NCBI GenBank assembly: GCA_002709915.1
Contig: PARF01000060.1
Coordinates: forward strand, 45,414 to 109,413
Source of the DNA: Roseibacillus sp.
GTDB taxonomy: Bacteria > Verrucomicrobiota > Verrucomicrobiia > Verrucomicrobiales > Akkermansiaceae
Reading direction: 5' to 3'
Length of the DNA: 64,000 nucleotides
Shown: one piece after another, positions 20,589 to 32,208 of the stretch
How positions within the stretch are numbered: the stretch's first letter is position 1
Layout: each line of letters begins with the position of its first letter
Notes under the pieces: generated by a model
Database searches by the model: none
Told to the model about the DNA's origin: nothing
Seen by the model: the letters and a program-made list of their open reading frames with translations, nothing else
Translations under genes and position numbers: made by a program

Positions 20589-22568
20589 ATGCTCTCCCGA
20601 AAGTCCACTCTGATTCTTGCCATCATTGCCATAACCGTGGGAAGCTTGGCTGCCATAAACTTGAGCAGCAGGAATCTCGGGCTCATCTTTGGAACCTCTC
20701 CCGAACCGGCGGGCCGCTTACTTTACCGAGACTTTGAGCTCAGTGATGTCGAGGAACTGACCATCGAAAAAAGAGGAGAGGATCGGACCAGATTCGTAAA
20801 ACGTCAAGGAGTCTGGCAAATGATCACACCAGTGCGAGACCGTGCAGATTACGCCATCCTTCAGACCATCATATATGCTGCTCGCCACCTCCGGATAGAA
20901 GATAGCTTCAAGAGCGGAGCGATAACGGAGGAAGAGAGTGGAATGCACGCCTCTGCTTCCAACACCGGACCCTATCAGATAACCCTCAGAGGATCTTCCG
21001 ATCGGATTCTTGCGGATTTCACCGTTGGCCGGCGATCAGCATGGCACCGTCTGGAAGAAGAAGATGGCCACCTCCACGAGACGTTCTTCGTAAAACCTCG
21101 CGAAAAGTCACTGGATAATCACGTCTATGTCTGTTCTTCCCCGAAAAAGATCACCTCTAATATTCGTCGCATCCTTGATCGTGGACTGAATCAACTTCGT
21201 GACCATCATCCAATTCTCATCGATCAGAGAAGCATCTCTGGAATCAGGATCCGATCCGAGGGCAGAGAAATCATGCTCAGCAGAACTCCTGATCCATCCT
21301 CCGCATGGCGCATGACGAAACCACTCGAAACGAGAACCAAGCCTGAGATGGTTAATGGTCTTATCGTTGGACTCTCCCAAATGAGAGCAATTCGGATTCA
21401 CGAAAGAAAATCAATCACCGTCCCACCGCGCTCCCCCGGAGCGTATTTGCTCCAAGTTGAACTCACTTCCAAAGAAGGCGGAACAGATCAATCCTCTTCC
21501 TCGACCATCCTCACAATTGAACCACCGGCTCCTCCAGAGGCTGATACTGTGCTCGCGACCTGCGAGGAGCGTCCGGGATTGGTATTTGAGCTGCCCCGCA
21601 ATCCCATTGCCGGTGGCATATCGCTGGCCCAGCTCCCACTAAAGGTTGATCAACTCAGGGATAGAACACTCGCTGACTTCAAAATCTCCGCGCTTAAATC
21701 CATTACCATCCACCAGTTTACGCAATCTTCTCCGATTCATGTGTTCCTCGGAAAAGACCGGACCGGACGCCCTAGGTGGACCCTGAAGGAGGGGAATAAG
21801 TTATCGCCCGCCAACGAATCTAGCGTCGCAAAGATCTTAACCTCTCTTACACGCGACGAGGTCATCGGCTTTGCTTCGAATGCCTCTGCCAGCCTGTCAC
21901 GTTACGGTCTTTCACCTCCAACAAAGAGAATTCTCCTTGAACTGGAGGAAGGAAATACTGTCGACATCATCTTTGGCCGCTCGCCAGAAGGACGATGCTT
22001 TGCCATGAGGCAGGGAAGCTCGACAGTCGCAGAAATCAGCCCGGCGAGCTATACCTCCGTCGCGACCGAGCTCTACCAATGGCAGGACTCTTTGCTGATG
22101 CCGTTCTCAATTGTTGATCTCAGCGCCATGAAGATCGAACACTTCCCCATTTCAGCACCCCTTGGGGATCCCGCCCTGACGCTGAAGTATAAGTTCCTGT
22201 CTGAGGAGTGGAGCGCTCGGCAATATGAAGAGGATGTGACTCCTATCCTGAACAAGCATCGGGCTAATCAATTTCTCAAGTTCATGGAAGAATTACGGGT
22301 TGAACGATGGCTGAATCCGGCCAGCCCTGCAGCCTCCCGTGCCCTGCGCTCGCCCAGCTTTCGGCTGACCGCAATTTTTCAGGAACTTGATGAAGAGGGT
22401 GAGTTGAAGGGCTTCCGGGAGTCCTCTTTTCAGCTTGCCGCAGCAAGTTCTTCCCCAAGGAACCGGATATTTTACGGTAAAGTAGACGGTAATCCCAATT
22501 ACTTCGTCATCGGCTCCAAATCCTACTCCGTGTTAAAGGCCTCACTGCTCGATACCGCGGAGCCTTGA
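20589..22568 (+). CDS. DUF4340-like protein (N-terminally anchored, partner of GldG-like proteins)
   Basis: N-terminal TM (MLSRKSTLILAIIAITVGSLAAI) followed by a long beta-rich region. This is the usual fourth gene of such clusters. The start is uncertain (TTG 20505 versus ATG 20589). Confidence 0.45.
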   Translation: MLSRKSTLILAIIAITVGSLAAINLSSRNLGLIFGTSPEPAGRLLYRDFELSDVEELTIEKRGEDRTRFVKRQGVWQMITPVRDRADYAILQTIIYAARHLRIEDSFKSGAITEEESGMHASASNTGPYQITLRGSSDRILADFTVGRRSAWHRLEEEDGHLHETFFVKPREKSLDNHVYVCSSPKKITSNIRRILDRGLNQLRDHHPILIDQRSISGIRIRSEGREIMLSRTPDPSSAWRMTKPLETRTKPEMVNGLIVGLSQMRAIRIHERKSITVPPRSPGAYLLQVELTSKEGGTDQSSSSTILTIEPPAPPEADTVLATCEERPGLVFELPRNPIAGGISLAQLPLKVDQLRDRTLADFKISALKSITIHQFTQSSPIHVFLGKDRTGRPRWTLKEGNKLSPANESSVAKILTSLTRDEVIGFASNASASLSRYGLSPPTKRILLELEEGNTVDIIFGRSPEGRCFAMRQGSSTVAEISPASYTSVATELYQWQDSLLMPFSIVDLSAMKIEHFPISAPLGDPALTLKYKFLSEEWSARQYEEDVTPILNKHRANQFLKFMEELRVERWLNPASPAASRALRSPSFRLTAIFQELDEEGELKGFRESSFQLAAASSSPRNRIFYGKVDGNPNYFVIGSKSYSVLKASLLDTAEP

Positions 22569-22876
22569 ACCTCAAGGTAATCACCTCAATCGAAAGCCTC
22601 GAGGTCAATATCGCCGGTTTAGAACACAAAAAATCGTCTGGCTTTACTATAATTAAGGCCCGGCACCCTCAATCACTTCCTTCGCCACGAGATTCTCGCC
22701 CGCAATGAGTAAACCTTTTGTGACGTAACCCCGGAACTCCGGTCTCTCTCGGAGGATTCTTCAACCTCATTTCTCCAGAAAGGAGGCAGTCATACCGTCT
22801 CTTTCATCTATCCGGCACCAGACCTCGCTTATTTCATTGTGAAACCGGATCCCCCTACCTTATTTTCAGATTACGG

Positions 22877-23155
22877 ATGGAACTCGACCTGCTGGATGTT
22901 CATTTCGATCTAAAGGACATAAAACCCCGCGAGATCGAAGAGGCCCTCGAAGACCCATTTGCGGTCAGGTTCCTTCCTGATCGGGATCGAAGCGATGGGG
23001 AAACCCGCTATTACGCCCTTGGACGTACTGTTGAAGACCGTTACCTCTTTCTCTGCTTCTGGTCCGACGGTAAAAAAGTTCGCGTTGTTGCGGCAAGGGA
23101 CCTGACTGAGGGTGAGCGAAAGTATTACGATCGTAAATATGCTGAATACAAGTAG
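22877..23155 (+). CDS. brnT: BrnT-family (DUF497) ribonuclease toxin
   Basis: 92 aa. The segment EEALEDPFAVRFLPD..GETRYYALGRT..DRYLFLCF..VRVVAARDLTEGERKYY follows the BrnT pattern. It is followed 3 nt later by a BrnA-like gene. Confidence 0.7.
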   Translation: MELDLLDVHFDLKDIKPREIEEALEDPFAVRFLPDRDRSDGETRYYALGRTVEDRYLFLCFWSDGKKVRVVAARDLTEGERKYYDRKYAEYK

Positions 23156-23158
23156 AGC

Positions 23159-23436
23159 ATGAAATCTATTTCCACATGGGGTGAGATCCCTGACTTTTCG
23201 AGTGAGGCTGAAGAATCCGAGTTCTGGAAGGACCACGAGCTGACGCCCTCGCTGATGAAAGCTTCCGAGCATGTCCCAGATAGCCGTGAATCAACAACTA
23301 TCACATTACGCTTCGATCCCAGAATGCTTTCGCGCATCAAGCGAATTGCGCGGGAGAGGTTTCTTAATTATCAGTCCATGATGAAGCAATGGCTCGCGGA
23401 ACGGTTGGAGGTCGAACAACGCGGTGACAACCGCTA

Positions 23437-23437
<1 letters not shown>
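23159..23437 (+). CDS. brnA: BrnA/CopG-type antitoxin
   Basis: 92 aa. Carries EESEFWKDHELT.. followed by an RHH-like ITLRFDPRMLSRIKRIARERFLNYQSMMKQWLAERL. Confidence 0.75.
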
Positions 23438-26180
<2,743 letters not shown>

Positions 26181-26277
26181 GAACATCCTCGCGCAGACCT
26201 GAACACACCTTCTCATTCGATTTCGGTTCAAATTGAGTCTACACCTTCTTGAACATATTCAGCCCCTGCCAAACTCG

Positions 26278-29199
26278 ATGGCATTCCTCCTTCTCATCCT
26301 CTTTTTCCTGTCGCTGACAGCACTTTCATCAGCGGATCAACGCCTATTTGAAGACTTCGAGAAAGGGCGTTTCGATTCATGGCGTATCACGGGTAATGCC
26401 TTTGGCGAATCAGCCTCTTCCGGGCAGGGCGAGAATCAGCCAGGCGAAGTCACCGGTTTCTCACAGGAATACTTCGCGAGCTCGTTTACACAGGGCCCAA
26501 AAGGGATGGGTTCTTTAACGTCATCTCCATTCATAATTGAAAAATCCTACATCAGTTTTCTGATCGGAGGAGGCAATCTGGCAGGACTCACCTCTATCCA
26601 GCTGCTAGTGGACCAGAAAATCATGAGAGAGGCCGTCGGTCGGTCTGATCACAACATGCGCCCGACCACCTGGGACGTCAGCGCACTAATCGGAAAGAAG
26701 GCAACTCTAAGGCTGGTAGATGCCTCAACCCGCCCGCACGGCTATATCCTCGTTGACCATATTCTGTTTAGCGATCAACCAAAACCCGCATTCCCTCCTG
26801 CCACCAGAAATGGTCTTCCTGTAATCGCAGGGCTTACTGCTAACTCCATAATACCCGAATTACAGATCCCAAGGGAAAGCAGCCTAAAGATCTTCGCTAC
26901 CTATCCAGACCACGAAGTCTACTCCCCAAATGCCCTTTCCATCGACATGAACGGCAACCTTCTTGTCACGGAAACACATCGTTTGAGGCATTGTGTCCCG
27001 AGTACCAGAGACCACCCGTATTGGCTCAATGACGATCTCAGCGCTATAACAGTGACCGATAGAAAGGGTATTCATCAGAAATGGAATCACCGGTACCCCA
27101 TCGCGCAATTGACCGCTAGATCTGACAAAGTCCGCCTTCTGAAGGACCGCAATAAAGACGGTATTGCCGACCAGAGCACGATTTACGCTGACGGGTTTGA
27201 TGACCTCCTTGATGGAATAGCAGGTGGCGCTTTCCCTCTCGACGAGAATGTCTATTTCGCCTGTATTCCTCACATCTGGTCTCTTCACGATACTGATAAG
27301 GACGGTATAGCAGACGAGAAGAAAAAATTGCTCTCCGGTTTTGGTCCGAGGATTTCTCTGGCAGGACATAATCTCAAGGGATTTACGCTTGGCCCTGACG
27401 GACGGATTTATGGAACGGTTGGCGACCGGGCCATGAATGTCTCAACACAGGAAGGCCGTCGCTTCACTTATAATGACCAGGGTAGTGTTTTTCGTTTCGA
27501 TCCAGATGGCTCACATTTTGAAGTCATCTACACTGGATTAAGAGATCCTCAGGGCGTCGCCTTTGATCGCTGGGGTAATCCGGTAACGGTGGACAGCAGT
27601 TCTGGACAGGGAGATAAATCTCGAGTCATCTACGTTGTTGAAGGAGGGGATAGTGGCTGGCGTACGGGCCATGAAACCCTTCACACTTTTCACGAAGAAA
27701 TCGGTTGCGCCCAGCGACCTGTAAATCAGTGGATGGAAGAGCGCCAGTGGGACGCCTATCACAACAACCAGCCAGCCTTTCTCCTTCCTCCCGTAGGCCT
27801 TCTCACCGTCAACCCCGCAGGACTATCTTATCATCCCGGAACGGGCTTTCCCGACCATTTAAGAAATGCCTTCCTCCTGTGCGATAACAGTGGCACACCG
27901 TCAAGTTCTGGGATCTGGTCTTTCCATCTCGAGAGAGAAAATGCCGGAATGAGAATGGAAAGCCCGCGCAAGCTGATCTGGGGCACGAGGGCGACGGACC
28001 TCGCATTCGGTACCGATGGTCGGCTCTATGTCTGTGATATTGTCGGGCAACACGACTTAGAGCGTCCAGGAAGAATATTCAGTCTTTCAGCCACCCAAAA
28101 TCCAACCTTTCCCTCTGATTCTGGGGCGGCGGATATATTTGCTGGAGCCAGCATCAAGAAACTTCTCTCTGTCCAGCTGTTTGAACTGATGAAGCACGAA
28201 GATTTCCGGATTCGACTTCGGGCCCAGCTTGCTCTCGCAGATCGTCCCGAGGCAGTTCCCTTCTTCATCAATGCAACTCGGCAAAAGGAAAACCTCAACC
28301 TTGCACTCCATGGCACATGGGGTCTCTGGATTCGAGCACGACGCCAAGGATCCGTTGCTTCCACCGAGCGTCTTCTAGAGTTACTGGCGAACCCTGCAGA
28401 GGAGATTCGTGCTCAAGCAGCTCGCGCCCTCGGGGAGTCCCCTCTCAAGGATGCCGGACGACTGATTAATTCATTGCAGGACCCCTCCTCTCGAGTGCGC
28501 TCCTTCGCTGCTATTTCACTCGCTCGGCTTCGGGTAAGAGCCGCGTTAACCCCCACGCTCCTGTTACTCGCCGAAAACCAGAACAGGGACCCTTATCTTC
28601 GCCATGCAGGAGTTATGGCGCTAAGCCGAACAGGCACCGAGGCAGAGCTTGCAGCCTTGGCCAAACATCCAAGCAGGGGAATCCGCATGGCATCTGTCCT
28701 AGCGCTCAGGCGCATGGCCTCTCCTAGCCTCATCCATTTCTTTTTTGACGAAGTAAGCGAGATTGCGGACGAGGCCATCAGGGCAGCCCACGATCTCCCT
28801 ATAGAAAAATCTCGCCCCGCAGTAGCCGCATTATTAGACGAATACGCCCCAGGGCAGAGAGGGCGTCCGCTATCACGCATGCTCCTGAGGAGGATTCTTC
28901 ATAGCGCCTTCAGGATGGGCGGAGAGCAGAATGCCACTCGCCTTCTCCGTTTTTCCTCCAATACGAAAATGCCTCTCAGTGATCGCATGGAAGCGCTTCG
29001 ACTCCTCGCTAACTGGACTAATCCTCCTGCCATCGATCAATCCTTAGGTCGGCATGCACCAATGCCTTCCCGGGGGAAAGGCCCAGTAAAATCCTCTTTG
29101 AAGCGAGAACTACCTCATCTTCTCAGCTTGAAAGATGAAATTTCTAAAGCCGTCGTGAACCTCGCAAGACAATACGATTTAGCGGCTGAAGAACCCTGA
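26278..29199 (+). CDS. Secreted LamG/GH32C-like plus PVC-type membrane-bound-dehydrogenase (beta-propeller) plus HEAT-repeat protein
   Basis: Signal peptide (MAFLLLILFFLSLTALSSA). Jelly-roll-like N-terminal domain. The segment DKVRLLKDRNKDGIADQSTIYADGF..DTDKDGIADEKKKLLSGFG..GHNLKGFTLGPDGRIYG is typical of the Pirellula/Verrucomicrobium dehydrogenase domain. C-terminal HEAT-like repeats (IRAQAARALGES, VRSFAAISLARL, IRMASVLALRRM). No CxxCH motif seen. Confidence 0.65.
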   Translation: MAFLLLILFFLSLTALSSADQRLFEDFEKGRFDSWRITGNAFGESASSGQGENQPGEVTGFSQEYFASSFTQGPKGMGSLTSSPFIIEKSYISFLIGGGNLAGLTSIQLLVDQKIMREAVGRSDHNMRPTTWDVSALIGKKATLRLVDASTRPHGYILVDHILFSDQPKPAFPPATRNGLPVIAGLTANSIIPELQIPRESSLKIFATYPDHEVYSPNALSIDMNGNLLVTETHRLRHCVPSTRDHPYWLNDDLSAITVTDRKGIHQKWNHRYPIAQLTARSDKVRLLKDRNKDGIADQSTIYADGFDDLLDGIAGGAFPLDENVYFACIPHIWSLHDTDKDGIADEKKKLLSGFGPRISLAGHNLKGFTLGPDGRIYGTVGDRAMNVSTQEGRRFTYNDQGSVFRFDPDGSHFEVIYTGLRDPQGVAFDRWGNPVTVDSSSGQGDKSRVIYVVEGGDSGWRTGHETLHTFHEEIGCAQRPVNQWMEERQWDAYHNNQPAFLLPPVGLLTVNPAGLSYHPGTGFPDHLRNAFLLCDNSGTPSSSGIWSFHLERENAGMRMESPRKLIWGTRATDLAFGTDGRLYVCDIVGQHDLERPGRIFSLSATQNPTFPSDSGAADIFAGASIKKLLSVQLFELMKHEDFRIRLRAQLALADRPEAVPFFINATRQKENLNLALHGTWGLWIRARRQGSVASTERLLELLANPAEEIRAQAARALGESPLKDAGRLINSLQDPSSRVRSFAAISLARLRVRAALTPTLLLLAENQNRDPYLRHAGVMALSRTGTEAELAALAKHPSRGIRMASVLALRRMASPSLIHFFFDEVSEIADEAIRAAHDLPIEKSRPAVAALLDEYAPGQRGRPLSRMLLRRILHSAFRMGGEQNATRLLRFSSNTKMPLSDRMEALRLLANWTNPPAIDQSLGRHAPMPSRGKGPVKSSLKRELPHLLSLKDEISKAVVNLARQYDLAAEEP

Positions 29200-29498
29200 A
29201 TGGGGCCCATTCTGCAACAACAGCGCAATCGCGCCAGCAGGAGGCTCCTGATGCAATTTGAGCGACGATCCTTGCTCGAATCCCACGGCACCATTCCCCA
29301 TGACCCATCTTCGATGAAGTGCCATTCCTGCAGCTATTCACAACTACAGTCTTCTTTCTGAGAGAGCGCGGCTATTCCACACATCTTTTGTGGCTCAACC
29401 CGGCCAACTGATAATCGACGTGCCTCCTTCAGAGTCCATCTCGTGCTGAGCATTTCAGCATCACCTGGCACCGGAAGAGTGATGATCCAAATTTGGAT

Positions 29499-30854
29499 TT
29501 ACTTTGCCGGTAGCAGGTTAATCCACTCGTGCAGTTCAACTCCTTCGCCCAATCCTCCAACCTGATTCACAAGCTCTGCACAACGTGCACGCCAATGCCC
29601 GTAGTCAGGGGCCCTCTTCGGGTCATCTGCGCTCCGGGGAAAGACCAGATAAGTAACAGTCAGGTCTGATACCGGGCGACTGTATGGAGTCGCGTTAGTA
29701 TTGATCTCACGCGCCATCCGTAAGGACGCCTCTCCAACCTTGTAGGTTGGCCCCGCATCTCCAACAATAGCAGGGTAGGCCGCTCGTCCATGAAGCACGA
29801 TCGCAAAGTCTCCGATATTTGGAGCATAGGGGTCGCGTCGATCTTTCACGATGTTTACCGGTATAACGATGAATGGGTCATACTCAGCAATGAGAAAACT
29901 CGCAAATTTCATATCTGCGATACCTGTCTCCAGCATCTTCATCCTGCTCTTCAACCAGGCAGCGCGATCCTGCCCCACCGCAGGATCTTCAAGCTCCTTC
30001 TTCGCATTACCGATTCTGTTCTCCCAGCCCGCAATCATGGGATTGGGTGTGGATCCTGTTTTCCTCCATCGATAGCTGGTGAACGGCTGATAGTTAGTTG
30101 AGTTCACAATAGCCTCAGGCATCTGAGGCAACCTATCTCCATCAGATCCATCAGAAACAACATCCATCTCAGCCTGCATCAGGAAGAGTCGCTGCCCGGT
30201 TGCCTCCGAGCGCAGGTTCAAAATTGTTTCGCAATCGTAAAAGTTATGGCGGCTGAGGATCTCACTCAATCGACCTACATCACTTTTGAGTCTGGCCGCT
30301 TTATTCGCGTACAATTGGCGATACCAAGCCGAGACCTTTGCTCGCGGAATCATCTCCCTTAATCCCGGAAAGACCTCCATAAGATGGGGGCTTGTCAGCG
30401 CTACTTCTGACAGCGACGTCGCCGGACGAGGCATACGCACTTTCAGGGAATACTCAGCGACGTAGGAATCGTCATCATCACGCTCAACGGACGCCAGCTC
30501 CCCCTGTTCCGCATCAAAAACGACTTTCAGATTTATCCCTTTCGAAAGACTCCTGATATTCGTATCTGAGAGAGGACGAAGAGTCCCTCGAGGAAACTGC
30601 GGATCGGGATCCGCTTCGAGCGGGGACAGCGACTCTCCTGATTGAGTCTTCTCCGATGCTTGCGGTCCGTTTTCTTTCTCCACCTTGGCTGGCCTTTTGC
30701 TCAGAAGTTCCCCAAGACCGTTTTTAACCTTTCCCCCCAGTGGCGTGAGCAGAACAAGCAACCCGAATACTCCTGTTACCAACAGACCAAGTCCGAGGAT
30801 TAACCCTCGGTAATCGAGCAGCACATTAGCAGACCTCTTACGATTTCGGGACAT
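29499..30854 (-). CDS. Membrane-anchored protein with a GH75 (chitosanase)-like C-terminal domain
   Basis: N-terminal TM anchor. AEMDVVSDGSDGD resembles the GH75 DMDVDCDG motif. AIVGDAGPTYKVGEASLRMA resembles the GH75 catalytic GD..G..VGEAS..LA segment. Confidence 0.45.
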   Translation of the reverse strand: MSRNRKRSANVLLDYRGLILGLGLLVTGVFGLLVLLTPLGGKVKNGLGELLSKRPAKVEKENGPQASEKTQSGESLSPLEADPDPQFPRGTLRPLSDTNIRSLSKGINLKVVFDAEQGELASVERDDDDSYVAEYSLKVRMPRPATSLSEVALTSPHLMEVFPGLREMIPRAKVSAWYRQLYANKAARLKSDVGRLSEILSRHNFYDCETILNLRSEATGQRLFLMQAEMDVVSDGSDGDRLPQMPEAIVNSTNYQPFTSYRWRKTGSTPNPMIAGWENRIGNAKKELEDPAVGQDRAAWLKSRMKMLETGIADMKFASFLIAEYDPFIVIPVNIVKDRRDPYAPNIGDFAIVLHGRAAYPAIVGDAGPTYKVGEASLRMAREINTNATPYSRPVSDLTVTYLVFPRSADDPKRAPDYGHWRARCAELVNQVGGLGEGVELHEWINLLPAK

Positions 30855-30866
30855 GGCAAAGCAGTC

Positions 30867-31688
30867 TCAATCTTCCTGTTCCGGGACAGCACGTGGTCTG
30901 TTACGCATAAAGTACCTCAATATCGCGGGCGGCATACTGGCAAGCGCAGTAGCAACCAGAGAAACCTTCAACCCGGGATAAGATCTAGGCTGTTCACGTT
31001 GCAGTGCAAGCAAAGCCTCTAAGACGACCTCTTCCCTGGAAACAAAGAACCACTCACGGGCAGGACTGTCCTCGAGCGAGCCGTCCCGTCCAGCAATCTC
31101 ACCAAACCCGGTATGCACCGGACCAGGGCAAACGGTCAGAACTGGAATTTCGTGCTCATTCAACTCGAGCCGCAGAGCCTCAGAAAAACTGGTCACATAG
31201 GATTTACTCGCCGCGTAAACTGCAAAGTCAGGGATAGGGAGCAGCGAGGCGAGAGAGCTGACATTCAGCACTGCTCCATGACCCGATTGAATCATACAGG
31301 GAAGAAGCCCGTGGGTGAGGTGGGTCAGAGCGATAATGTTCAAACTCAACATCTGCTCCATTTTTTTCCAGTCACCTGTAACGAACTCTCCATAATCCCC
31401 CATTCCGGCGTTATTAACCAGAAGACTTGGCGCCCATTCGCCCTCCTTCACTGTGGCGATCAGCTCTTCGCGCGCCTCCGCCGAGGTCAAATCAGCATTC
31501 ACAACCTTTATCTGGAGATCGGAGTTCTCACTTTGCAGCCGATCTCGCAAAAGCCCCAACTCATCTTCACTGCGTGCCACAAGAACAAGCCTTCGACAAT
31601 GCGGGGCAAGCTGAGAGGCGAACTCCTCTCCAAGGCCACCTGAGGCCCCTGTAATCAGAGAACAGTCGTAGAGAAGAGGTGGATCCAC
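30867..31688 (-). CDS. SDR family oxidoreductase
   Basis: ITGASGGLGEEFA (TGxxxGxG), NNAG, and catalytic S..YAASK. Confidence 0.85.
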   Translation of the reverse strand: MDPPLLYDCSLITGASGGLGEEFASQLAPHCRRLVLVARSEDELGLLRDRLQSENSDLQIKVVNADLTSAEAREELIATVKEGEWAPSLLVNNAGMGDYGEFVTGDWKKMEQMLSLNIIALTHLTHGLLPCMIQSGHGAVLNVSSLASLLPIPDFAVYAASKSYVTSFSEALRLELNEHEIPVLTVCPGPVHTGFGEIAGRDGSLEDSPAREWFFVSREEVVLEALLALQREQPRSYPGLKVSLVATALASMPPAILRYFMRNRPRAVPEQED

Positions 31689-31707
31689 GTGATATTAGTA
31701 TGCTTGC

Positions 31708-32145
31708 CTATTCCCCCGGAGCGGAACCCGAAACAGGTTGAGCCTGAACTTTCACAACCCGGAGCGGAAGTCTGATTACGAGTTCACCATCGAAAGTAAC
31801 ATCAACATGATAAATTCCTGCACTGGAAAACTTCAGCCCCTGAAAGTTCAGCACAAGATTACGAGTTAGAAAAGGAACCTCATCCGGGACCTTGATCGGC
31901 ATATCCGCACGGATCGGCATTTTAGATGGATCCACTGAATTTCCATCGTCATCAATAATGTTAATCGTCATCCGGTGATCACCTGAGTCCTCTGGCAGAA
32001 CACATATCCGCATCGCGAGAGCACAATGGGGATGCACTACTGGAAGCTTTGTAGCGCGGAGCGCATCAAAAGTTCCGTTAATTACCATCTTACCGTTGCC
32101 ATAGTCGGCGGCGAAGTCACAGAGAGTTGCTATTTGAATATCCAT
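31708..32145 (-). CDS. Uncharacterized small beta-rich protein (conserved hypothetical)
   Basis: 145 aa from ATG 32145 (MDIQIATLCDFAADYGNGKMVINGTFD..). No catalytic motif recognised. It resembles a widespread DUF family, but I cannot verify which one. Confidence 0.4.
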   Translation of the reverse strand: MDIQIATLCDFAADYGNGKMVINGTFDALRATKLPVVHPHCALAMRICVLPEDSGDHRMTINIIDDDGNSVDPSKMPIRADMPIKVPDEVPFLTRNLVLNFQGLKFSSAGIYHVDVTFDGELVIRLPLRVVKVQAQPVSGSAPGE

Positions 32146-32208
32146 TACGAATCTGGCCTTTAGTGTCTGGACCGATGAACATGAAACGTCCAGCGCCAAG
32201 TCGCTAAC

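Noticed and set aside
29200-29361. An in-frame ATG plus 53 codons immediately after the TGA stop of the 988-aa dehydrogenase/HEAT gene, containing CHSC. I considered stop-codon readthrough, selenocysteine, or a decayed cytochrome c domain.
   Set aside because: The peptide (MGPILQQQRNRASRRLL..KCHSCSYSQLQSSF) has no CxxCH and no resemblance to the family's heme-binding domain. I saw no SECIS-like hairpin directly after the TGA, and the composition looks non-coding.
29485-29498. The perfect 14-bp palindrome ATCCAAATTTGGAT immediately downstream of the GH75-like gene stop.
   Set aside because: It is AT-rich, short, and followed by no T-run, so it is a weak terminator at best. A single palindrome of this size is not unexpected in a 300-bp AT-richer spacer.
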